A DNA stretch of 64,000 bases from Octopus bimaculoides (taxonomy: Eukaryota): the NCBI RefSeq assembly GCF_001194135.2, contig NC_068991.1, positions 22,929,499 to 22,993,498 of the forward strand. Reading direction: 5' to 3'. The position numbers and the translations under genes were made by a program. This document shows positions 51,940 through 63,670 of this stretch, one piece after another. Under the pieces are notes generated by a model. The model saw only the letters and a list, made by a program, of their open reading frames with translations. It did not search any database and was not told the DNA's origin. Positions within the stretch are counted from its first letter, which is position 1; every line of letters starts with the position of its first letter.

Positions 51940-52705
51940 CATATCATAGTATACAGTACAAGATTGGATGTAGTTGACACTTTTGATTATCTGGGCAGCA
52001 TGTAGTCAAGAGATGGCTCCCTAGATACAGAAATGCATCTACACATTCAGAAAGCATTTGTAGCACTTGAGAACTTGAAAAGAGATTCTGAGCAAATTGC
52101 AGCATCACCAACAAGACCAAGCTAAGCATTTACAAAGCTTGCATACTAACAGCTCTATTGTCATCTTCTGGAGCATGGACAGTACACTGCAGGTATCTCA
52201 AGCTACTTGAACACATTCATCAAAAATGTCTGAGACACTCAGCATCATGTGGCAAAGTAAAACACTGATACAGAAGTCCTTGCAAAGGCAGGATGTACAA
52301 GCATCTAATCATTTGTCATATCTACTCAGATGCCTTGGGCAGGCAATGTAGTGCATAATAAGATTCCAAAACAGCTGTTCTATGGGGAGTTGTACAATGG
52401 AAAGCATCCTCAGCACAAACCACAAAAATAGTACAAAGATTACATGAAAGGCAATCTGAGGAAACTACGAAATCAATGTGAAGCACTGGGAAGAACTACC
52501 TCTTAAAAGAGCTGAGTGGAAGAAGCATATAAGAGAAGGTTGTAAAACTTTTGAAGAGGGTTCTTGTGAGCACAAAAGTCTAAAATGCTAACTTCAGGAG
52601 AACTATCATCAGAACCTCAATGAAGACATAAAGATGTGAAACATGTGGCCATGTACTCCTTTCTAAAGTTGCGTATGTCAAACATCTGAAGTCCCATGAA
52701 AATTC
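51940..52705 (+). mobile_element. RTE (BovB-like) LINE ORF2 C-terminal relic ending in a C2H2 finger
   Basis: LDVVDTFDYLGS ... KTKLSIYKACILTALL ... WAGNVV ... KIPKQLFYGEL ... YKDYMKGNL ... CETCGHVLLSKVAYVKHLKSH; contains stops and frameshifts. Confidence 0.85.
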
Positions 52706-52734
52706 AACTGTATGCAACAACCTTCCTCCTAGAC

Positions 52735-52945
52735 TGTATGTATGTATAAATGTATGTATGTATGGATATGTATGTATAAATGTATGTATGAAAGAATGTA
52801 TGTGTGCATGTATGTATGTGTATATGTATGTATGCNNNNNNNNNNTATGTATGTGTATATGTATGTATGCATGCATATATGTATGAATGCATGCATGTAT
52901 GTATGCAGGGTATGTAGGTATGTATGCATGCATGTATGTATGTAC
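52735..52945. repeat. (TATG)n-type microsatellite with a 10-bp gap
   Basis: Read directly. Confidence 0.95.
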
Positions 52946-54583
52946 TTTCTGCAGTGCAAAACTCCAGAGAGAAATCAGCATTCACCAGAACCATGGATGC
53001 AGGCTGCAACTTCAAACACTTTCAACCATCAAAAGTAGGCAGCAACATTGAAGGCAAAAACAACCAGCAGGCTGAAACCAATAAATGGAAAAAGCATAGT
53101 CATACAAATACACACATATGTATATGTACTGAGAAAGAGTACTTGTGAGTGGGGGAGAAAGGGAGGAGGTGAGAAAGCAAGGGAGGAAGAGACAGAAAGA
53201 AAATTTGCATGTGCAACATACAGTTATCAACAACTGAATTTATGTCAACATGTGTGTATACCTTTGTATTTAAAGCCTTCATACCTCACCACATATACAT
53301 GCTAAAAAGATTAAAAGATTAAATAAAAGATTAAAAAGATTAAAAGATTAAAAGTGCACACACAATGAAATATAAGAAAAAGCGCTTACATAGTTGCTCA
53401 GCCTACTACAAGAAGAAACCAAATCTCACTCAAATTACCCAACTGTCTTAAGAAAGAGATGACTTACTATGCCAGAACAAAAAAAAATATGAGGTAGTTA
53501 CAGCTGAAATATCCCTGATTATTGGTTACTTTATCTTTATCGGTGTGTTGCTTGATTTTGATCAAGTCAATAGTGTACCCCACTACTAGCTGAATGATAA
53601 TTAGTTTATATCACATCACCAGAGTTTATTTGTGGGTGTTAAATTATTGAAAGTGAATCTCTTTGCTTTATTCCTTTAAAATTAAAAAGGAAGTCCCTAT
53701 ATAGTCACTTAATCTGCTAGAATTAGCAGCCAAATTTCATTCAAATTATATTCTAATGTCTTGCAAAAGAAAGGAAACTATAATCCTAGAAATACAAAAG
53801 ACAAGATGGCCATGATAGAATTACCTTGATCATGGAATTAGTAGTAAAATGTACCTCTACCATCTTTTAAAAAAGAATAGCAGGGCACATGGAATTTACT
53901 ACATTTGAAAGAGAAGACTGGATAGTCAAGATTGATAATGTAGTCCTAAATTTACTATATTAGTAAATAAAACAGGATGAAGATGTCGGCCTGGAATCTA
54001 CACAACCAACCAACCAACATGCTGTTAGTTATCTATAAATTAAGAGCCCTCATATTTGAAGTTCTAAATTTTAAGATAAAATGTTTTGCATTTAGTATGA
54101 TACAGTCACATTAGGGGGATGAATCAGTGAAGCTTAACACAAATTTATATGTTTATCTAGGATGCTGAACTTGTGAGTTACTTCATATCTTTTCTGATAT
54201 GTTTTAACAAGGTTGTTAGTGGAGAGCTATACAACAACAACAGCAGCAGCAACAATGTCAATACTCTCAAATTAGTATTTATTCCATTTCAACTTCCGCA
54301 TCCTGAACTGACAGAACAAAAAAATGTCTGCGTAAATGTCACATTTTTTCTTAAGGATTACAATGAAAACAATGGAGTGTCAGGAAGTCACCAAAGGACT
54401 TATCTAGAATACATCCAATGTCTTAGATGTGATAAAAGTTAATGGCAGAGACCTGATATTAGAGAGGTGCAGCCTGCTCAAGTACAAGCTGCAATTTCCA
54501 GTTAAGTTTAAATTGAGCGTATAGTGTGATTTAGATTCAGACTGGCTTCTTATAATATACGCCAGTATTTATGATTAAATGGT

Positions 54584-54885
54584 GAGGCACGTGGCTTAGT
54601 AGTTAAGGTGTTAGGATCACGATTGTAAGACAGTGGTTTCGATTCCTGGATCGGGCGAGGCATTGTGTTCTTGAGCAAAACACTTCATTTCGTTTCATGT
54701 TGCTCCAGTCAATTCAGCTGAAGAAATGAATACCACCAGTGAAGGCGCTCACTTAGTAGTTAGGGTGTTGGATTCACGACCACAAGATTGTGGTTTCGAT
54801 TCCTGGAGCGGGCGATCCGTTGTGTTCTTGAGCAAATCACTTCATTTCACGTTGCTCCAGTCCACTCAGTTGTAGCAATGAGCAT
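54584..54885 (+). mobile_element. Two tandem family E SINE heads
   Basis: A-box-like 'tggcttagtagtt', B-box 'ggtttcgattcc' and CORE-like 'gtgttcttgagcaaaacacttcatttc', each occurring twice (starts ~54584 and ~54741). Confidence 0.85.
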
Positions 54886-55790
54886 CCTGGAGAGGGATGG
54901 GCTCTGCCAGGCTTCCTCGCCCAAGATACACTGCATGGCCGCAGTGTCCCAACGAGCCCCCAATAGGTTAAGGAACTTGTCGAATGTCAAAGGGCTGACT
55001 GGTCAAGTGAAGGCTGCAGCTCTGAATTAAGCTCGTCTGTTCAAGTATAAATGACCGCAGAGTAAAAGTATTTACTTCAGTATAGAAGTTGTTTGTCTAG
55101 GCGAGCAAGGGAGACAACTTTGGATGTTTTTGTTTTCAGCTTTCATTCTAAAAGCAGATTTGCTACAAAAAAGAGAATTTAAGGAGAATTTTATTATTCT
55201 ACTTCTTACTATTTTTGTTTGTGCTATTTTTTCTGTTGTAAACATCAGAAATACAGAATCTACAAACCAAAAAATTAGTGATTTTTTTGTTTTTAACCCT
55301 TTAGAATTCAGAATTCTGTCAAATGAAATGCTTATTTATTCACATTTTTAAAAATTAATTGTGCATTATCTTTGTAGCTTTGAGATTTTGATGAGCTAGC
55401 TGTTACTTTTAGAATGATGTTGTAAGGTTGGTATGAAAAGCCAGGTCTGGTCAGTTTGGGCATAAAACAGGTGGAATATATTTGGCCATATATGGCCAGT
55501 TTAAATGCTGATAAATTTTAAAGAATTTGAAGTTGCAGTATTTCTTCTGTATGTATGTATGTATGTATGTATGTATATATGTATGTATATATANNNNNNN
55601 NNNNNNNNNNNNNNNNNNNNNNNNNNNNNNNNNNNNNNNNNNNNNNNNNNNNNNNNNNNNNNNNNNNNNNNNNNNNNNNNNNNNNNNNNNNNNNNNNNNN
55701 NNNNNNNNNNNNNNNNNNNNNNNNNNNNNNNNNNNNNNNNNNNNNNNNNNNNNNNNNNNNNNNNNNNNNNNNNNNNNNNNNNNNNNNNNN

Positions 55791-56181
55791 GTGGAGGCGC
55801 AATGGCCCAGTGGTTAGGGCAGGAGACTCGCGGTCATAGGATCGTGGTTTCGATTCCCAGACTGGGTGTTGTGAGTGTTTATTGAGCGAAAACACCTAAA
55901 GCTCCACGAGGCTCCGGCAGGGGATGGTGGCGAACCCTGCTGTACTCTTTCACCACAACCTTCTCTCACTCTTACTTCCTGTTTCTGTTGTACCTGTAAT
56001 TCAAAGGGTCAGCCTTGTCACACTGTGTCATGCTGAATATCCCCCGAGAACTTCGTTAAGAGTACACGTGTCTGTGGAGTGCTCAGCCACTTGCACGTTA
56101 ATTTCACGAACAGGCTGTTCCGTTGATAGGATCAACTGGAACCCTCGACGTCGTAAGCGACGGAGTGCCAACAACAACAAT
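55791..56181 (+). mobile_element. Family D SINE, full length and little diverged
   Basis: A box 'tggcccagtgg', B box 'ggtttcgattccc', 3' end 'gacggagtgccaacaacaacaa'. Confidence 0.92.
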
Positions 56182-56290
56182 TGAAGTCAACAAGAAGGAG
56201 TACAATTGGACAGTTATTTCTTAATCACTACAATTGTTTCCACCCAACATGCTTCTCCAAAAATACAAGTATTTGATTATGCAACTGTTA

Positions 56291-56576
56291 GTTTGCATAA
56301 TGAGGTCCAGTTGTGTTTCCTCAGGTGATATTCAAGTGTTCTCTCCGTTAGTTTAAAATTTTCGACTTCAAGGCCATCCCATCTGTCCGTCTAGTTTTGA
56401 ATTTTTAGTAGCTGGTAGATTCATGTTGTTTAGTGACAGAGTGTGTTTATTAAACACATTCTGCCACCAAACCAAGACAGACAGTTGGGATGGCCTTGAA
56501 GTTGAAGATTTTAAACTAACGGAGAGAACATTTGAATATCACCGGAGGAAACAAAACTGGATCTCATTACGCAAAC
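56291..56576. mobile_element. Palindromic MITE, ~102-bp TIRs, TA flanks
   Basis: Arms 56291-56392 and 56475-56576 (9 mismatches in 102); TA at 56289-56290 and 56577-56578. Confidence 0.85.
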
Positions 56577-57007
56577 TATATATATATATATATAGTTTGC
56601 GTCATACCGGCCATGATGAAATACCACAAGGTATAGAAAATACGTATTCGCCTTTATACATCTAATCCTTTATATTGAACACTCAATATTTCATATATTC
56701 AATAAGACATATTCCATATATTCAATAAGACATTCAATACTTCATTTCATTGTACCATCCATTTTTATATTCCATATTCTATATCCCACATTAATTTTAC
56801 AAGAATATAAATAAAACATAAAAAACAGACAGAGTTGAAACTCTTTTAAATAAAATAATATATTCCTCTATACACGATCATACAAAACCCCCTTTTTTGT
56901 ATTTATTTTTACTCATATATATATATATATATNNNNNNNNNNNNNNNNNNNNNNNNNNNNNNNNNNNNNNNNNNNNNNNNNNNNNNNNNNNNNNNNNNNN
57001 NNNNNNN

Positions 57008-57252
57008 TAGTTTAAAATTTTCGACTTCAAGGCCATCCCATCTGTCCGTCTAGTTTTGAATTTTTAGTAGCTGGTAGATTCATGTTGTTTAGTGACAGAG
57101 TGTGTTTATTAAACACATTCTGCCACCAAACCAAGACAGACAGTTGGGATGGCCTTGAAGTTGAAGATTTTAAACTAACGGAGAGAACATTTGAATATCA
57201 CCGGAGGAAACAAAACTGGATCTCATTACGCAAACTATATATATATATATAT
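57008..57252 (+). repeat. Apparently exact duplicate of 56349-56593 on the far side of a gap
   Basis: Identical by eye; the ORF track gives the same peptide at 56423 and 57082. Confidence 0.9.
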
Positions 57253-57339
57253 AGGCATCATGTGCATTGGAAGTGATATGAATATAGCAACCAAGAGAGC
57301 CTGTTTTATTTTGTATGACCAAGAAGTTTACTTCACAAG

Positions 57340-57830
57340 TGTAGGCATAGCTGTGTGGTTAAGAAGTTCACTTGCATGTGCTTACATGTTCAGTCCCACT
57401 GCCTATCACCTTGGTCAAATACCTTCTACTATAACCCTGGGTTGATCAAAGCCTTGTGAGTGGATTTGATTGAGAGAAAGTGAAAGAGGCCCATGATATA
57501 TGTGTGAATATATGTGTTTGTGCATGTATATGTGCATGTATGTGCATGCATGCATGTGTTTGTGCACACATGTATGTATGTGTATGTGCGCATGCATGTG
57601 TATGTGTGTGTGTGTATGTGTGCATACCTGTGTGTCCTTGTCTTAACATGACGTGATGGTGGCGAATGAGCATCACTGTCATACAAGCAATATCATTTGC
57701 TTCCAGTCTTCTGTAAAAAATATGTCTAGTCGTGAGGAAATATGACCTTACTTGGAAACAGGTGAGAGTCGGTGACAGAAAGGGCATCCTGTCATAGACA
57801 AGTGTACCTCAGCAAATTTTTGTCTGATCC
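57340..57830 (+). mobile_element. Family B with microsatellite and module G
   Basis: 'gctgtgtggttaagaag ... gaaagtgaaagaggccc', (TG/TA)n, 'tgtccttgtcttaacatg ... cttggaaacaggtgagagtcggtgacagaaagggcatcc'. Confidence 0.8.
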
Positions 57831-58955
57831 AGATAGTCCTAGATACACTATGCTAGCAAATATGTGAGATGGTCAAAGCTGGAGTGTTTTTAGACTAGGG
57901 CTTAAACAATGGCATTTGGCCCTCAAAGACAGAACTATTGAATACTAATCTCTTGCATAATAGGTGACTGAAATTTATCACTGTACCACCATTCTACTGA
58001 GGTTGCTGCTGTTGTTCACCATAATTCATTTGTTTCTAATGATGCTAATCCTCCTCCACGACCACTGCCGCCACTACCATCTACTACGACTACTACCACC
58101 ATCACCACCACCACTACTACTTTCTACAGATTAACTAGCCTTGATTAATTTTTAGCAGATTAACACTATCCTTGATCCAATTGCAGTCTTAAGTTTATCC
58201 TCTTATATCTCAATCATATTTCCATCTTATGGAGCTGACAGTTTACAACTGGTTAACCTTACAACACTAGTGTTTTCTGATGCCAACAGACAGTTTTGTT
58301 CATCTATTTAGTTTTATTTTTTCTATTTGTTTTTTGTTTTTTTTTACAGCTTTAACAAGATAGAAAATTTCGTTGAAGGTGAAATGTCTGACACTATTAT
58401 TATATCTTGATCACCAAGGTTGACTTTACCTTTCATTCTTTTGGGATTGATAGAATAAGGACCAGTTGAGCAATGGGGTCAGTGTAATCAACTAGCCCCC
58501 TCCACCACCACCTTTCCCAAACTTGCTGGCTTTGTACCAAAATTTGAAACCATTATTATATCTAGATCAGATGGTGATGCTCATTTACAAGTATCACATG
58601 ATGTCAAGACAAAGAAACACAAACTCATAGACACAGACACATATAGACTCCCCTATATATNNNNNNNNNNNNNNNNNNNNNNNNNNNNNNNNNNNNNNNN
58701 NNNNNNNNNNNGACTGCAGCCATGTGGAGCACTACCTTGAAGGATTTTAGTCAAACAAATTGACCCCAGAACTTATTTTAAAAGCACCATACTTATTCTC
58801 TCAGTCTCATTTGCCAAACCACTAAGTTATGGGGACATAAACACACCAACACCAGTTGTAAAATGGTGATGGAGTAACAAACAGACATACAGACACACAC
58901 ATAACACAAGCTTCTTACCACACACCCACACCTGCACCTATTATATATGTCTGTA

Positions 58956-58989
<34 letters not shown>

Positions 58990-58990
<1 letters not shown>

Positions 58991-59170
58991 AATCATCATC
59001 ATCATTTAACATCTGTTTTTCATACTGGTATGGGTTGGGTGTGGCACCCACACAAGTGCATTTTACATGGCACCAGCACAAGTGTAATTTATGTGGTATT
59101 GGCATAGGTGCATTTTGTGTGGTACTGGCACAAGTGCATTTTACAAGGCACTGCCACCTGCAAGACAAAG
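58990..59170 (-). mobile_element. Family R / RTE 3' end relic with 'gcacaagtgcatttt' sub-repeats
   Basis: 'atcatcatcatcatttaacatctgtttttcatactggtatgggttggg'. Confidence 0.6.
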
Positions 59171-59484
59171 ACTTCTCAGCTGGGAGAGAGAGAGTGGTGG
59201 CATGATCATAAAGGACGTGCCTATATGTATGGATGGCCACAATTTTACTTAGCTTAATCACACAGCCATGCCAGCATCAAAGAAGAAAAGATGGAATAGT
59301 CATGCCTGGAATGTCTTTAATCATAGGTTTGCTCAGTCAGAGCTGATCTGAGGCGAAACAACAGCTACCACCACCACTAACCCTGTTGTCTTACAGAAAG
59401 GAATAACACCATGGAAAATGTTGTTCTGGATAATTTATGTCTATAGAAAAAATTGCTTTTGACCTTAGGTTTGCTTAATCAACG

Positions 59485-59833
59485 ATTGTTGCTGTTGTTG
59501 GCACTCCGTCGCTTGCGACATCGAGGGTTCCAGCTGATCCGATCAACGGAACAGCCTGCTCGTGAAATTAACGTGCAAGTGGCTGAGCATTCCACAGACA
59601 CATGTACCCTTAATGTAGTTCTCGGCGATATTCAGCGTGACACAGTGTGACAAGGCTGACCCTTTGAAATACAGGTACAACAGAAAGAGGAAGAAAGAGT
59701 GAGAGAAAGTTGTGGTGAAAGAGTACAGCAGGGTTCGCCACCATCCCCTGCCGGAGCCTCATGGAGCTTTAGGTGTTTTCGCTCAATAAACACTCACAAC
59801 GCCCAGTCTGGGAATCGAAACCGCGAGTCCACT
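59485..59833 (-). mobile_element. Family D copy (5' end in gap)
   Basis: 'gttgttggcactccgtcgc ... gggaatcgaaaccgcg'. Confidence 0.92.
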
Positions 59834-60283
59834 NNNNNNNNNNNNNNNNNNNNNNNNNNNNNNNNNNNNNNNNNNNNNNNNNNNNNNNNNNNNNNNNNNN
59901 NNNNNNNNNNNNNNNNNNNNNNNNNNNNNNNNNNNNNNNNNNNNNNNNNNNNNNNNNNNNNNNNNNNNNNNNNNNNNNNNNNNNNNNNNNNNNNNNNNNN
60001 NNNNNNNNNNNNNNNNNNNNNNNNNNNNNNNNNNNNNNNNNNNNNNNNNNNNNNNNNNNNNNNNNNNNNNNNNNNNNNNNNNNNNNNNNNNNNNNNNNNN
60101 NNNNNNNNNNNNNNNNNNNNNNNNNNNNNNNNNNNNNNNNNNNNNNNNNNNNNNNNNNNNNNNNNNNNNNNNNNNNNNNNNNNNNNNNNNNNNNNNNNNN
60201 NNNNNNNNNNNNNNNNNNNNNNNNNNNNNNNNNNNNNNNNNNNNNNNNNNNNNNNNNNNNNNNNNNNNNNNNNNNNNNNNNNN

Positions 60284-60553
60284 ACACGAGGCTCCAGCAG
60301 GGGATGGTGACGAACCCTGCTGTACTCTTTCACCACAACTTTCTCTCACTCTTTCTTTCTGTTTCTGTTGTGCCTGTAATTCAAAGGGCCAGCCTTGTCA
60401 CACTGTGTCACACTGAATATCCCCAAGAACTACATTAAGGGTAAACGTGTCTGTGGAGTGCTCAGCCACTTGCACGTTAATTTCACGAGCAGGCTGTTCC
60501 GTTGATCGGATCAACTGGAACCCTCGACGTCGTAGGCGACGGAGTGCCAACAA
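60284..60553 (+). mobile_element. Family D copy (5' end in gap)
   Basis: 'cacgaggctccagcaggggatgg ... gacggagtgccaacaac'. Confidence 0.92.
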
Positions 60554-61067
60554 CTTTTACAATACACAAAATGTTTTAACAATTTTTAAATATAATTCTT
60601 GATAATATTTAATTGTATATATATAATAGGATTTATTGTTTATGGGGGTTCATGGGCAAAAAATGGTTGAGAATTGCTGGTAGAAGCAAATGGATAAATG
60701 CCACATGTTGTTTTTTCCATTTCTCATATTTTCATTAATACTTGTTTATAACTAGAACAAGTCTAATGAATATTACAGAATTAATTTCAAAATTAGATCA
60801 GGTTTAATCTAGCAGTAATAGTTTTTATGGATATGCTATTCTCATTCATTTTCTTCCATTTCTATACTCGTCTGATTTTCTATGCAAAATAAAATATTCT
60901 TTAAAACTTTCTTGTGTTAACCTGAAAGGAAATAACTCATAAAAAAAAATTGTTCTGAAGATATTCATATAGCTCTCTTGTCTCTACCTTCCTATCTATC
61001 TATCTGTCTAATATTTCATAGCGATACTAATAAGCCATTTTTATATCTATCTCTGGTGCCTGTTTTT

Positions 61068-61974
61068 TGGTGCTCCTTTTGTGTGCGATCTACAAGGGAG
61101 ATTACTTTGGGTTACTTTTAAAATTATTTTGTACATACTGTAAATCCTCAAGTATAATCCACACTTTTTTCCCAAAATTTAAAGGTCAAAATTTCTAGTG
61201 CGTACTATATACGAGGTTAAAAATGAAAAATATTTTCTCAGCAAAATTTTCTAAGTGATAAATATGTAAAGGCAATTTACTTAATATTTATTTTTCACTG
61301 ACGTTATTACTGTTATTTCTTTATTTTCTGCAAAGTGCACAAAAAAGCTACGTTTGCATTATGTTATATATACAATAATAATAAAGGACGTTACCATATA
61401 TACGTTTACAAACCAAGGATGTTATATAGACCTCCTTGACTCAAGTTAGAGAAGGGGTTCGTATTATACACAAGGGTTAGGTTTTTCAGAGGTACAGCCC
61501 CCTAAAAATCCCGTGTATTATACTCAAGAGCAGACTATATTCGAAGATTTATGGTATTTAGCATTGTAAATGTATTTATTTTTTAATTCTTACTATTTTA
61601 ATAAGAAAACCATATAATAATTAAACTGAGCATGTAGATCACCCACTAGAGTAAATTTGTTCATGTAGATCACACAGAAAGTAGCACTGACACAGAGTAA
61701 ACTAAAAAGTAACCTAAAGTAATCTCCCTTTAAATTGTAGATCACACAGCAAAGTGGCACATTTCTGTTTTTTAAGAAATGATGTGAATTTAGTGCTGGT
61801 TTCTTGTAAAAATGCAACTGCTGTCTGGTTTCTTACAGAAATGCAACTACCTTTACCTTGTCACTAATCACATTGAAAGATCTTTACACCTTATGGGCTG
61901 TTAGAAATTGAAAAATAAACTAAAAAGTAACCTAAAATAATCTCCATTGCAGATCACACACCAAAGGAGCACCC
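61068..61974. mobile_element. GG-ended TIR element (~55-bp TIRs, internal direct repeats) hosting a nested MITE
   Basis: 'ggtgctccttttgtgtgcgatctacaagggagattactttgggttactttt' versus 'aaaaagtaacctaaaataatctccattgcagatcacacaccaaaggagcacc'; flanks ctgttttt / ttgttttt. Confidence 0.7.
61138..61554. mobile_element. pogo/Tigger-like MITE with TA TSD
   Basis: TA|ctgtaaatcctcaagtataatc ... gactatattcgaagatttatgg|TA; subterminal 'gtattatac' repeats. Confidence 0.8.
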
Positions 61975-62846
61975 TTGTTTTTATATCTGCATTCTTACGG
62001 TCAATATTAACATAGTATTCTGTCTGTTATGTATGCGTATGTATAGTTATATACATAGGGATTCATCATGCACCTTTGTATATACATACATATACACAAA
62101 ATTACATAAATCTACATATTTCTAGGAGTGGCTTTTATCCTTCAAGCTCCATGCAAAATCATTTCTTATGCATTTTTACATATTTTCGATGGTGATCTCT
62201 TCCATATAAGTAAATGCTTCTCTGAGTGCCCTACATCTTATAGCAGAAAGAGTTGTAAGCAAATTAAATTCATTGCATAATCTCCTGTTCCTCTGTCCCT
62301 ATATGAATGTGTTTGTGTGTGTGTGTAGGCACATACATAAATATGAAGACTATACAATGTTAGTAAGAATAAAATTGTTATATCGTCAATGTAACAAGAA
62401 TTGGTTATCTTATTATAACCATTTGCACAATAACAATCCAATACTCCAAAGCAGAATCAATAGCAAGACTAATGCTCTCACAGTTCGACCTCAACTGCCT
62501 ACCAACACATCTATTTATAAGACTTGTCCGGTCCACTGACAGTCATATGCAGGGGTGTCAGTTCACTCCACAATAAAGGTAAATCACAAAGAAAAACAAA
62601 GATAAAAGTAGCACCCATATTCAACTAGTCATATCAAAGAAACAAGCTATTGAACAAAACCACCCTCAGCTCATTGACTGCCCCATCAATAGGGCTCTGA
62701 GAGTAACTGAATTTCAGGATCATGCCACCCACCACACTGACGACAGCCATCCCAAACACTGTGCTAATTATTAAGCAGATGTAAATATTAAGTTAGAGAC
62801 TGTTTGTGTCCCAAGGTAATAATAATAAACTTTAAAATTTATTTAT

Positions 62847-63460
62847 GAACATAAAGATAAATCTGATACATTCTGGGAAAATGTTCTTTGGACAGACAAG
62901 TGGAAAATTGAATTGTTTGGACGAAATTTGCATAACCATGTTTGGAGGAAAGATGGTACCACCTATTCGCCAAAAAACACAATTCCTACTGTAAAGTTTG
63001 GAGGTGGCAATGTCATTGTGTAGGGGTGTTTCTCTGCAAATGGCACTGGCAATTTACATGTGATAGATGGTAGAATGAACGCAGAGATGTACCAAAATAT
63101 TTTGAACAATAATTTATGGGACTCTGTAGAAAAGCTCCAGCTTTGTGAAGGGTGGGTTTTACAATAGGATAATGACTCTAAGCACACGGCGAAATCTACC
63201 AAAAATGGATTGTCAATCACAATATAAAATTATTAGAATGGCCAAGCCAGTCACCTGACTTGAACCCCATTGAAAATTTGTGGTGTTATTTGAAAATTAA
63301 AACTCATTCAAGAGCCCCAATGTGCATTCCAGATTTGAGGAAAATTTGTCAAGAAGAATGGGAAAAAATTCCTAAAGAAACATGCAAGTCATTCATTAAG
63401 AACTACGAGAAGAGATTTGTTGTAGTGTAACTGAATAATGGTTATGCTACGAAGTATTAA
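62847..63460 (+). pseudogene. Tc1-family DD34E transposase, catalytic half (3 stops, 1 frameshift, 5'-truncated)
   Basis: FWENVLWTDKWKIELFG ... TVKFGGGNVIV*GCF ... Q*DNDSKHTAK ... WPSQSPDLNPIENLW ... EEWEKIP ... GYATKY*. Spacing is D-34-E once the 1-nt frameshift is corrected. Confidence 0.92.
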
Positions 63461-63670
63461 ATCGGAATTATCAGTTATGTTCTGTACGAATACTTTTTTC
63501 ACCCCTAAATATTTATATTTGTATATAAATTCATTAGTTACTATAATTTATTAGTTTCTTTTGCATATTCTTAGTTTATGCATGTGTATGCAAATATAGC
63601 ATTAGTATATCCCATTTATGTTCATTAGAAATAAAATAATTTTGACATGTACGAATATTTACACCCGATA
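63461..63670. mobile_element. Right terminal repeat of the Tc1 element, with inner and outer direct repeats
   Basis: 'tgtacgaatacttttttcacccc' at 63483 and 'tgtacgaatatttacacccg' at 63648; AATAAA at ~63630. Confidence 0.65.

Noticed and set aside
54161-54172. 12-nt microexon candidate (tttatctag|GATGCTGAACTT|gtgagt)
   Set aside because: Such a pattern is expected by chance in 64 kb of AT-rich DNA and has no independent support.
55791-55870. tRNA-like A/B boxes (also 54584, 54741 and 36380-36450)
   Set aside because: They continue into SINE bodies and I could not fold a complete cloverleaf; SINE heads rather than tRNA genes.
45361-60553. Repeated ~30-40-bp motifs that might suggest a CRISPR-like array
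   Set aside because: They are parts of dispersed SINE copies; there is no regular repeat-spacer structure, no cas genes, and the context is eukaryotic.
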